Of a DNA stretch of 64,000 nt, positions 27,399 to 40,000 are shown in pieces; positions within the stretch are counted from its first letter, which is position 1, and every line of letters begins with the position of its first letter. Source of the DNA: Asterias rubens. Lineage: Eukaryota. The position numbers and the translations under genes are program-made. The stretch is taken from the NCBI RefSeq assembly GCF_902459465.1, contig NC_047064.1:18104001-18168000 (forward strand), written 5' to 3'. The notes under the pieces are model-generated. The model searched no databases, had not been told where the DNA came from, and saw only the letters and a program-made list of their open reading frames with translations.

Positions 27399-30292
27399 AT
27401 GTACGGTACCATTGTTCTAGTCCTTAGCAACGGCAAGTTTCTCCACTACATGCACTAGATCAATTCAATGTGTACTCAAGCGCTTTACGAAAACTGGCTC
27501 TGTATACACCTGGCTAACGGGCAGCCAAGGGGGGCAATTTAAAAAACAAATAGATCCATCATAACAAGAGCCACGTACCAGGTTATTTTGTCAAAAAGAA
27601 TAACAAAAGGAGGGGGGAACATGGAGTACAAAATGATCTACAGAAAGAAAGAAAAAATAATAATACTAGTAATAGAACTACTAAGTAAAATCAAGCAAAT
27701 GACAAAATGACAAGGGATAACAAATAATAGGACACCATTATTCTTAAGTTTTCCTTTGTGGTATTTTGCTACAATGTACTGTGTATGCGACCGGCGTTAG
27801 TCCTTCGGCTGTCAGTTGATTTGTCTTGTTGTGAAATTGTTATTCGTTTGTCCTTTACTTTTTTTTCTTTCTTTTTTTATCCTAGTTTTCAAATTGTTAC
27901 TTGTCCTTTAGTTGAGTGTTTTGTCCATTGCTTTGGTATTTTCTGTGGTAAGAACGTTACGCAACACCACTACAATAGAAAGTGTAATGGTATAAGCAGT
28001 ATTGTTTGTTCATAGGGCGTCAACTAACACTGCTGCCCCAGACGGTTCTCACTGCGATGTCACAAGGTGGTCACGGGGTGGAACCGTTTGTTTCGGAAAG
28101 TTGGTAAAAGGTGGTGACGTAAAATCAATGACCAGTGGTCACTCTCGCTTTCAAGGAACTTGTGTCAGATGGAGTTTGGCGTGTGACACTGTCTTATAGT
28201 GGTCTTCAATGGCACTCACCATCAACAGTAGAGTATTGTGGTTTTTAATCATCTCTACATTTGGAAGTTTGATCAGTCAGTCTCCGGTACAAGGTATGTC
28301 AAAATTCAGCAGATTTATAAGAATAATTTAAACGTTACCTCGACAGTGTGGTTGTTCAAAAGGGACAATAAAATATTGCATAATCATTATCAGTGTATTC
28401 ATTTGGGTTGTTCCGTAAAACACCGATGTGTGTAAGCACTATATACTCAGTATACTTCTTCCCTGGTCATGTGAAAACAATTCACAGGGCATATAATCAT
28501 GATCGGTCCATTCAAACCAAAGACCCCTTGCAAATCTAGAGCAGACTTATCAACTAGAATACTGATATTAACCTGTGTTTATCAGTGTTGTTGACTCGAG
28601 TTGGTGACTTGGACTATGCTTGGACCATCTTGAACTCGAGTCGCCAATTTCACTGACTTGCGACTTTACTTTGTGGAAAAAATACTTGTCACTCGACATG
28701 ACTTCTGAACAAAAATTACTTGGTCATCATTTAATTGCTCTACACGTGAGAAGACGTAAGTATATACCGGTCTTGGGAGCAGCATCTGTTGTTAAGTGAG
28801 GTTCAGATGTATGGTTTCATATGGATTGTTTTCGCAACCGATTGGGTCCATCGATAACTGGTGATTATATAAGGCTTCACTTTTCTATACTACGCGAAAT
28901 TAAGGTTCAGAAAACGTTCCCTAAAGCATGGAGGAATATGCTAAAAGGGACAAGTTGCCTTGGATCGGGCGAGTCATTTTTTTTTTATACACCTAGATTT
29001 TATAAACAACTTAAAATGGCCAATACAACATTAATACAACTAACCGAAGACGAACCAAAAATGAATGCAGTTACCAAATCAAAATAAAACGGTTATGTCG
29101 GTCCGGGGCTGCAAGTATAGAATGAACCACTATTACCCACAGACGATGAAAAGCATACAAAACTACACAAAATACCACACTGTACGCAGAGCACATGACA
29201 AAAAAGGCAGAGAAGCACAAACTGTGAAAGGGGATTAACTACTTGAAAGGAAGGACACAGTTTGAGTTCACACAAAAAATGACTATAACGGGTTTGTAAC
29301 GGCCAAGTCCCGAATCACTGGAGAACAGGTATTCCAAAGGCGGGGAAAAGAGAGGTTGAGTAAAACAAAGCTTCGGTGCGAGCAGGCAGGTGACTAAATT
29401 TGAGGGATTCTGGATGACGGGGGTTGATAACAATATTTTCCATGATGGCTTCACTTGTCTGCCTTTTTTTACACAATCCATGTAAGCATTTGAATATGAA
29501 TTAACACAGCAAGAAAGCTCTACTTGATGAAAGTGACAACCAGTTAAGCTGGCCCAGCCTATCCTCGTAAAAGACATCTGACCGCGCCGTTGTTTTAGGG
29601 CGACGCGGCTAATGTTGAGTAAAAATTCGCCATATTTATACATTAGGAAGATGTTAGTATAAACGGCTGCTAATAAAGAACATACCTGGCTGCGAACAAA
29701 GTGGTACAATATTAAACATGGCTAAGTTATAACTTTGCAAGATTATTTTTTTAATTAATTGGTACTTATAATGTGTGCACTTGGTATAAAAAAGCCGCCA
29801 TTTCAGACTCAAGCAATAACAAAACACGTTTTAATCCACACAGTCTATTTGCTTTGCAGAGTGAAAGTTCACTCAGCAAAACATATTTTTATAAAAGGTA
29901 AATTAATCTTTAATGGCTGCATATTGCACAAAGCCATAGCACCAGTGAACCTTTTGTGCATCTGAGTGTATTTGATTCATTAGTGCGAGTTAATTTGTGA
30001 ATACCCATTCTTCGTTAAGTTTGTTAAAATTCGAGGTAACCCAATAACTCATGTTTTACGCGCCTTAACTCGAAAAGCAGACGCTGCAGCAAGTTAGATG
30101 ATGTTTATATAGCTTGAGTCTCCATTTTGATAAACATATGCGTTTGTGACACGAAGTATATAATTATAGCCACACCAGTGACTACAAAACTTAACGAATG
30201 CTAATGAAAGGCCTTCTATTGACATTGGGAAAGCAGATTATTATAATTCCTATTCTTTCGTTTTCCAATAAGCTCACCAATTACCCCAAACT

Positions 30293-30362
30293 ATGCGGGG
30301 TTTGCGACAGCTCTGTGTAACTCTCTCTCTTGCGATGTTGTTGGTTCTGATGAAAAGAACCG
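30293..30362 (+). CDS. Candidate signal-peptide exon of the giant sushi/SEA gene (MRGLRQLCVTLSLAMLLVLMKRT)
   Basis: ATG with A at -3, hydrophobic core, ends in phase 1 as the first sushi exon requires; donor G|GTGGTT is weak. Confidence 0.3.
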
Positions 30363-33300
30363 GTGGTTGACAACTCAACGTTCACATTTCGACCAGTAGG
30401 TGCTCTGATCGTCTTCACTCAGTATAATCGGAACGCGGAGTTGTCAACCACTAATCTTTTTCAGGAGCAAATCACCATACTCAAAAGAGACTTACACATG
30501 GTGCAACCGAAGAGTTCTCCTAATTATACTCCAACTATGCAAAGCTTCAAATCAATTTTTAATACCCAAATAACGACAGTACTTTCTTTAAATTCAGGTG
30601 TCATGCTTTAGTGTCAAGGAAAGAAAAATGGTTAATTGAAGGAAATTGTGTGGACATTCATGATGCGAATAATTTCAATTGCGTCATTCGACTTTGACAG
30701 GTAGCACCCTTTGACGGTCCTACTTCTTGCCGACGACTCGCTAACTTGCCGTCAACAGAACAAAATTTACAATAATTGGGGGCATGGGAGTGAAACTACA
30801 TATTTCTCATGGTTTTGTGTAAGATTTCATTTACAAAAACGACTGTGTGTTGATAAAAAAAAACTGTACCAACCATTGACATCTTGGGCCAAGACTGATC
30901 CATGTTAAAAAGCAAGATGGCGGCCGACGGTTTTGCTGCTTCGAGATGATGTTTTGACGAAAAAAAACTCAATTTTTATTCCGAAATGTAACCTAAAACT
31001 TACGCGAAGTCTCTTTTAGCTAATACCTTACAGTTCTATGCTTCCTTTGTGGATTTTAAATGTATATTGGAGGAGTTGACGGCGAGTGGACGGCACAAGT
31101 GAGTTGACGGCGAGTTGACGGCAGTAGAACCCCCCCCCCCCCCTTTGACCTTGAATTACTGGAGGATTTGCACTGGTAATTATTCTTTACATGGGTCTTT
31201 CAGATACGAACCCCTTTGCGAACTAACAAGGCTGGCCATTTTGTGGAGAGAAAAAAATTGACTCCACAATATAGTTCACCATGTATAAGGAAAACCGTGC
31301 AATATCGAGGCACATTTTATGTGGATCTTATATTCTACTGTGAAAACATACGCGTTTCTATTATTATGATCTTGTTCGATTATATAGGCCCTATACTTGG
31401 ACCCATACTTTATTTGTTTTATTTAACAAGAAATGGAAACACAAAATGAAGCCATGTCGGTATTTTTGTTTAGCATGATGGACACTGAAGGAAAGCACGT
31501 AGGATTTGGGTGTATAGGTCTACATGCAGTTATACATTTATTACTCAAACCAAATAGTGTTTTAGTGACGTGTCCACCATCTCAAAATGGCTCATACGAA
31601 CAGAGCAATCGGGCATCTTACATTATGCAAGGGAACCTTCCTGACGTTTGCGGCTATCTATGTCTCTTTTTGTTGACAAGGTTATACGCAAATGGAATGC
31701 AAATCCCCCTCCCTGGATATGACTTTCTATTCTTTTAAGAGTGTTTGTTAAGTTCATCCAGAGCAAAACGCGTGTCGCTAAAGTGCATGGAAAACGCCTT
31801 GCCCGTCCCCATTTCCTCATTCCACCATCAGTAGAAAATAGCTTATCCTTGGCAAAGGATGAACGCTTTTGGGGTCTTGTTTACCATGGGGATGAGGGTG
31901 GCCAGACGTCTTATTTGAAGTGTGTGCACAAAAGACAAGTGACTGACCAGGAAGGAGGTTTTTATTCACAGAACGGTGTTATACTGAGAGAGGCCTTAAA
32001 AACAAATATGCATGTATTGTAAGTGTATTGAGAATTGCAAAAGCTATGAAGTATGTACTCGCCATGCCCACATTTTAATCCTTAAGGCTCTATTGTGACC
32101 CCCGTGTGTATCAAAATAGCACACTGTTCCTCTGACGTAGGTGCATGCACCGTGTATGCACCGAGGAACACTTAAGCATCACAATAATTCTTTTAGCTGT
32201 ACCTCCAAGGTGTAACTCACCATCAAATCAATTTTTTGTAGAGAAAGCTTAAAAATGGGTTTCCTTATTTTAGTTGATTGCCTGCAGCTAGTTGCCTGTA
32301 AATTGATTCATGTTACGTAACTTAAAAAAGACCTGCTTGAACGAAAATGTCAAGTCGGGAACTTTGCTGAATTCCACTTAAAATGTTTTTTGATGAATAA
32401 GAAAAATCGAGTCTTATGATTATACATAGGTTTCAATTGTGTACAAAAACAATAATTTTGTATGCCCTTGTCTAGAGCTTTTCTGCGAATTTTGCGATAA
32501 GCCCCGTTACGTAATCACTCTCAAAACGTCATAAGTAGATAAAGCCGCTTTGTTGCAGCGTGGATGTATAACAAAGCAAACTCCCACAAATGACGTCAGC
32601 GGCATTGTCCTTTGACGCCCGCTCTCAACGGCAGAAGTGTTTTTAGTTTTTCAAAAAACCTGTAGGTAGGGGCCTGATTTTTTACTCGATAATTACGAAA
32701 AGTTCAGAAGTGTACACATATCAAAATTACATCAAAATGGTGAACAAGTGCATTATAAACAAGTAAAAATACCATTTCTGTTGAAAACATTCCGCTCAGG
32801 TAGCTGTTTAAGATCCCAAACTTTTTCTCAGCTTTAGCAACAAGTGGTTTTGAGAGCGGTGGGCGTTTACAGTAGAACTGTTTCACGTTGCATGCATTGT
32901 GTATGATATCCCTTGGGCCATTTGGATGACCACATGGTTTGTTCTTATATTATACAAAGCAGGGTTGGGGCGGGGGGGGGGAGGGGATGTTTTTTGTTTA
33001 TCGATATTGTCTTGTTTTCATGTTTTGTTACACTTATTGCCTTTTTTTAAACTTTGATTTGTGATGTTAAAATTGTTAACAGTTTATACTATATTTTGTA
33101 AACATTTATTATTTTTGTTTCGATTGGTTTGTCTGTCTGTTTATTGGTGTTTTTCTTTTTGATGTTGAGTTGTTTGTCTTAAGCTTCATGGTGGGCGTTA
33201 CAAAGAGTGACATAGTGTGAAACAGACAATGTGCGAAGGTGGGCAAACACTACACAAAGCTGACTCATCTAAAATACAATGTGGACCTATTTACAAAAGG

Positions 33301-33868
33301 TGCGACTGTTGAAGACGGATGATTTTTTAGGCCATTTGATGAGTGTTAGTGTCACCCTTCTCCCTCTTTTAGGCCCGTTTGTAAATGACAACGGGAACTT
33401 TTTGGCTCATGACATTCATAAACAAAATGTTTACCATAAATTTATAAAGGCCTAGACAATTAACAACAGAAACAATTTACCAGTCATTAGTTGATCTTTC
33501 CATCTATTTATACAGAAATAGCCTGTACGAGATTCATTATTTATTGGTCACGAACAAGGAACTAGTCCAATGAATCGTGCATATTGGCTTGCAATCAAAA
33601 TCAAGCCAACAACCACGAATGGATTTTGAGGTATGTGGGTATGGTAATTTTTAGTTAATGAAAGGAACAAAAACGGAAAAGAACCTGGCCGCAACCTATG
33701 CACTCATTTTACCCACAAAGTAACATGGCCGGGTATAATGACTGTAATTGAATAAAAGTAATACACTGTACAAGTTGTCACATTGTTATCGTATACTCAC
33801 ATGGATTTGTCCTGCATTTGAGCATTTTCCTTTGGTATTAATCTTTTATCTTTATATCTCTCCCACAG

Positions 33869-34045
33869 CCCAGTCATGTAGCACGCCCGTCGCCACGCCC
33901 AATCTATCTCTTACACCCGACAGTGTATCGTACAATAATGGCGATACCGTCACTTTCAACTGTGCAGTGGACTTCAGTTTGATTGGGGCACCCAGTGCAA
34001 CATGTATTAACGGGGTCTGGAACTATCCCGTTCCAACGTGTGTCA
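33869..34045 (+). CDS. Sushi/CCP exon 1 (QSCSTPVATPN...CINGVWNYPVPTCV)
   Basis: 177 nt, phase 1-1, four Cys plus G-x-W and P-x-C. Confidence 0.93.
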
Positions 34046-37000
34046 GTAAGTATTCAGCAAAACCTTTTATCTGTCACTATTTGTAGAGAATTGAGTAAAA
34101 CGGTTGTTCTATTCAATCGAGCTGAACTAACATTCCTTTAGACACAATCAACGCAAGTGTACATTGTCAAAGACGTTGATAACATTATACAGGCACCCAG
34201 TGGTTTCTGATGTTTCTGTCTTTCACATTGTGGACTCCGGTTCGAATCCCAGACAGGATCGTCTTTTCATGTGAATTCTGTTGTTCGGTCCCTGTATGGC
34301 TGTATAGGGTTTTTCCCCACGTCTTTTAAAACTAAAACTTCTTCAGAGTCTATAAAAAAGGTTGGTGTGATGTTTCCGTTAGGATGCTTTGCCGACTATT
34401 TATAGCAGATCAGGTCTTGGTGACAATGAATCGGAGTTTGTGCTGAACTTATTCGCCATATTATAAAAGAACTCTGGCACAAACAATCTTGTCTCTTTTT
34501 ATCTTGAGTAGCTTCTTCTTTATTCATCCTTCACCCTTTGGAGTTTCTATATATGATCCGCCTTCTTTTTTCCGTCCTAACTCGTTATTTTTGGTCCTGT
34601 TGCGTCCATGTCTATACAGTTCAGAAGTAATTTCTGTGTGCAAGACTTTGTCATTTAAAATATGCCTCCACATTTGCATTAAAAAAGCATTGTGTCTCCT
34701 GTAATAATTATCATAGTAGTTAATCTGTTATGGTCCAATATACATTTTTTTTTTTTTTTTTTACCTGTACATTTTTGCAACATGGACAAAAATGCCGAGT
34801 TGAAAATGGAATTGAAATAATGTATACAGGGGTATCTGTTTATATTATTGGTTTCATACTGGAACGAGATCGGAACCGCAATCTATTTTTCATGTAGGCC
34901 TAGACCTCCTATAGGTTATCTATAACAGTGCGCATTTATAATGCCCTCTTTAACAACATACAAAGCCATCGCGCGGCTACAGTAATCGATTTATTGACGT
35001 TCTTTATTGACGCGATAAAGCAGTAATAATGTCTGTTCAACAGACATTAAAGACGGTCAGCTTGAAGGAGATGCTTAACCGACTTTCTGATACAAAATAC
35101 CATTTACAATCTCACACTTGTCAGTCTACTGACGATGACTAGAGCAAGCTAATTGAAACGTTGATACCAGTTAGAGGGTCTATGTAACTTTTGTAGGACA
35201 AAAAACACAATGTCCACAGATTTACACTAAACTTACACTGTTTGAAGATAATGATAGTAGAAAGCTTCCCTGAAAATACTACGTGCTAAAGTGCTGTAGT
35301 TTTTAGGAAATGAGTAAAGCAATGTCATGAAAACAATTTTCGTCGCATGAGACTAAAATTATTTTAATCATTTACAAACGTATTTTCATGACATTGTTTT
35401 ACTCATTTCTCAAAAAACTACAGCACCTCAGTAAGTAAGATTTGAAGGGAAGCTTTACACTATCATTATCTTCAAACCCTGTAAGTTTAATGTAAATCTA
35501 TGGACTTTTTGAAAAAGTACCCAAATTCTTTAAGAAGTTCACTCACTCCGCGGCAGTAATTTGAAAACGAGAAGACTCCTCGATCCACTTTAAACGAAAG
35601 TAGTAGTCCCAACAGATTTCCTACCCTCCGTCCAGGTAGCATGACAATTCTTTTTCAGAATTGAGAAGCCCAAATTCCGAAAATCTACTTACTGCGGTAT
35701 TAGAAAAGTTTCCCGAATTTAAAAAATCTATACTCCGCGAAATATAGAATATAACAAGACAAATTTCCCTTGAAGACGGTGTACACTATAGGTAATTGTC
35801 AAAGACCATTCTTCTCACTTGGTGTTTATCAATTTATACAGAACAAACCTGTGAAAATTTGAGCTCAATTGGTGGTCGAAGTTGCGAGATAATAATGAAA
35901 GAAAAAAACATCCTTGTCACACGAAATTGTGTGCTTTCAGATGCTTGATTTTGAGACCTCAATCTTAATCTGAGGTTTCAAAATCAAATTCGTAGAAAAT
36001 TACCTTTCTCGAAAACTATGTTACTTCAGAGGGAGCCATTTCTATCAAGAAATAGATATATTATGAGGTGTTACCGCAAACCAAAATAAACATTTATATA
36101 AATTATCTGTTACTGTTCGCCCTTACGAGGTTATAATAAATAAAATATAAATTCATAACAAGCCAGAAGACGTAGAACAGTTGCCGAGACACATTCTTGA
36201 TTATTTTATTGTTCAGTAACAATTCATCATTTACCAATTTCCATGAAATAATTAGTTTGTGCACTCACGCATGGGCCTTTTCAGATTGCTATGTTCATCA
36301 ATCACTAAATTGATTAGTGAGCGCGACCATCACTCATGCACGATAGAGGTTCATTTCTCATGCAATCTTTCCAAGGAACTGCTTCGAATAAGGCTAATGA
36401 AAAAAATAAGATATATGTCTACATTATCGTATACAGAGTTTGTGCTTAAAGGCACTGCCGTAGATTTTCACCAACCGTCTGGTCGAGCGGTTAAGAGTAC
36501 CGGATTCAAGCACTGGTGTTTGATCAGCAGGGTGTGGGTTCGGATCCCGGTCGTGACACTTGCTACATACAGTTGGGGAGGTAGTGCTTTCTGCTCTACC
36601 GGCCAGGCTTCGAGTTGATGATACCCAAGCCTACATTCGTATGGACTGTGAAAGGGGTAACCCTGTTTCAGCCCTATGAGTAGGTGGCAACGGCCTCTGG
36701 CAAAAATAATTGTAGGCCACACCTTGAAGTGGCATTCAGGCCTTGTGTGTCAGGCGACTTGCATAAAAAAACAAAAAAATTAGGACTAATCCTAGGACTT
36801 AGGGACGAGTCAAATTTCGTAACCATAGACGTTTAGGACGCATTGAACCCATAGTCGTAGGACGAGCTATACTCGTCCCAACTTGAGATAGGAATAATCC
36901 TAGCATTTCATGAAATTTGGTAACTACTCAAAATACATAATAACAGCATTAAAATTAATTGGTAAAGAGCAAATCAGAGCCGTCGAGTATAAAATGCTGT

Positions 37001-40000
37001 GAGAATTGGCTCCCTATGGCTTGAGGAACGTGGTTTTTGAGAAAGAGGTAGTTTCTCACTAAAATATTTGAATCGGAAAATGCTTTTAAGCCCCCTTTTC
37101 AGGCATCTGAAAGCACACACAATATTGTGCAACAATAAAAAAAAAAAACTCCTCCTTATCTTGCAACTCCGATGACCAATCGAGTAAAACATTTCACAGG
37201 TTAGTTATTTGATGCATATGTTGGGATACACCAAGTGAGAATACTGGTCTTTGGCAATTACCTAAGAATTATCCAGTGTCTTTAATAGGCGGTCTGGAGG
37301 CTAAGTAGTCTGGCTGCTAAACACGTAATTTTTTTCCGAGGCATGAAAAGGTAAAGCTTTAATATCAAACAAATTCCCTGTAGGGACACGTTGCCTTCAC
37401 ATCTCTCGACATTTTGCTCTTTAGAAATTGCTCCTTGTCCGTTTTATTTAGGAGTTGTTCACACAACCAAGCTTGTTTACGCCTCCGTGGACCGGTTTCC
37501 AACTGCGGCCCTTTCCCGAGCCGTTGACCCTACTTCCTCTTGTGTTATAGGTCCTTGGTTTGAATGTGTATACCTACTGACAAAAACACCTTCAGCGTTT
37601 TATAATTGGGGAGCAATGATTTAAAAAGAAACATAAACTTGACTTTTTAAAATACAACCAGCGGACGTATTATACGGTCAGCCATTTTTTTAGTAACAAA
37701 ATTGGTACATCAACATAAGCTGACCGTGTTCGATTAGTAAATTACACACAAACCACAGCATTTCAAGAGTTGTTTGTATGAATCATTATATTCAACTTCT
37801 TAAAGGCACTGGGGTCGATTTCGATTTAGGAGACATGCGCCTTTTGGCGATAGTTTTTTTTTTTTTTTTTTTTTTTTTACCCCATTGTTGTTTTACTTTG
37901 TTTTCTTAAATATATTTAATGTATGCACACGTGCTTGTAAATGTGATTGCCCGAATAAATATTACTTCAGCAAGAGACTAGTTCTAACGTGGGACTAGTC
38001 CTAGGAGATATCAAAAAATTAAGGCTAGTCCTAACTCGTCCTAACTCGAGATAACAGTGTAACTTTTATATATGCAAAAAATAAAAGATCTGAGAAAATG
38101 TGGACTCCTTTGGTCATCGAAGTTGCAAGAGAAATAATAAAACAACAACACCTGGTTGCACAAACTTGTGCGCTTTCAGATGCTTAAAGGCAGTGGACAC
38201 TATTGGTAATTACTCAAAATAATTGTTAGCATAAAACCTTTCTTGGTGATGAGTAATGGGGAGAGGTTGATAGTATAAAACATGGTGAGAAACAGCTCCC
38301 TCTGAAATGACATAGTTTTCGTGAAAGAAGTAGTTTTCCACGAATTTGATTTCGAGACCTCAGATTTAGAACTTGAGGTCTCGAAATCAACCATCTAAAC
38401 GCACACAACTTCGCGTGACAAGGGTGTTTTCTTCTTTCATTATTATCTCGCAACTTTGATGACCGATTGAGCTCAAATTTTCACTGGTTTGTTATTTTAT
38501 GCATATGTTGAGATACACCAACTGTGAAGGCTAGTCTTTGACAATTACCAATAGTGTCCACTGCCTTTAATAAAAGGCTTCTGGCCTGAAGTACCTTATC
38601 ATTTGAGTGAGAAACTACCTCTTTTTAAAAAATACATTTAATTCAGAGACAGATGTTTCTCACAAAAATGTGTTATACTACTCACAGCTCTACATTTCTC
38701 GATACCAAGTAGGTTGTTATGCTAACAAATATTTTAAGGAATTACCAATTGTGTCCAGTGCCTTTAACTAAATCTTGCCAACCATCAAAACAACGCTTTT
38801 TAATAGCCCCGAATCCGAAGGCAGTATGCCTTTTTAAGACGGGTATCTGTGTCCTGTCTAGCCTTTTCTATACACCCGTTTATTCTTGTAATAGAGTCTT
38901 CAAAACCAACTAACCACATCAAACCAATGGGAAGTGTGACATCAATCCACTTCAAATCACACCCGCGTAATAGTTTCCATCATTGTAGAAAAGACATGAC
39001 AATGCAATAAATGGATTGACACGCACAATAGGCCATGTAGACTTTTCTTTCGCGATGTCGCAGCCAGGCCCGTAACTATGGAGGTTGTTGGGGCAGAGAT
39101 TTCGGGTGCAATTTTTTTTTCTTCTTCAGGATACCATTTTCTTGAATCGATTAAGAAGAAAAACTAATTCCCATTGGGAAAGCAATACGACAGTGGCAAT
39201 ATGACGTTTATTCAATTCTCTTTTTTGAAAATAAACAACGTGAGAATATTATCAATACATCGAAATCAGCAAAATCAAAAGCGGTGCATTAGTGTACAAA
39301 AGAGCGAGAGCATGAGGTTGTTAGAGTAAGCCGAGGCTTGTAGAAAACAGCCTATACAAAGACAAACAGCAAATCATCACTAGACGAGGAAAACATACAA
39401 CATAAACAATGACTTACAAAATGCTGACGACAAAATACAACGAATTTAACTACTATAGGCAAAAAGGAAATAGAAAAGTAGAAGTGAATGATAGAAAAAA
39501 AATATTAATATAGATATGAAATTTATTTGTATACAGACGATTGTTCCGATCCGGGAGCTCCGACTGATGGGTCCCAGACAGGTACTCCGACTTTCAAAGC
39601 ATACACCACCGTCACTTTTCAGTGTGACTCCGGCTTTAGTTTGATTGGTGCTCCGGTCGTTACGTGCATAGACGGATCATGGTCCTTGCCCAATCCAACG
39701 TGTTCGGGTAAGCTTTTGTTTCTGGTCGGGTTTTTAGTGGACTGTTTTTGTTTTTATTTGTCTGATTATTTGTAGTGTTAATTTTTTTAGTTAATTCACT
39801 TGTACGCTCTTGCTCAGTGAGGGGTGTTTTTTAACAATTATAATCATGGCAAGATGTCTGGCTCGCGTGTAGGCCAACCATTATTTTTATACTTTTTTTT
39901 TGTTTTAATATATTTTATTTCATACAACTTCCAACAGCGCAAGCGCCCATTAAAGGGTAGATAAAAAGATGTATAACAATTTCAAAATTAAACACAAATA

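Noticed and set aside
29239-29709. 156-aa minus-strand ORF
   Set aside because: No recognisable domain, biased composition or supporting splice structure
33620-33637. ATGGATTTTGAG|GTATGT as a first coding exon
   Set aside because: Phase 0 is incompatible with the phase-1 sushi exon, and it has no signal peptide
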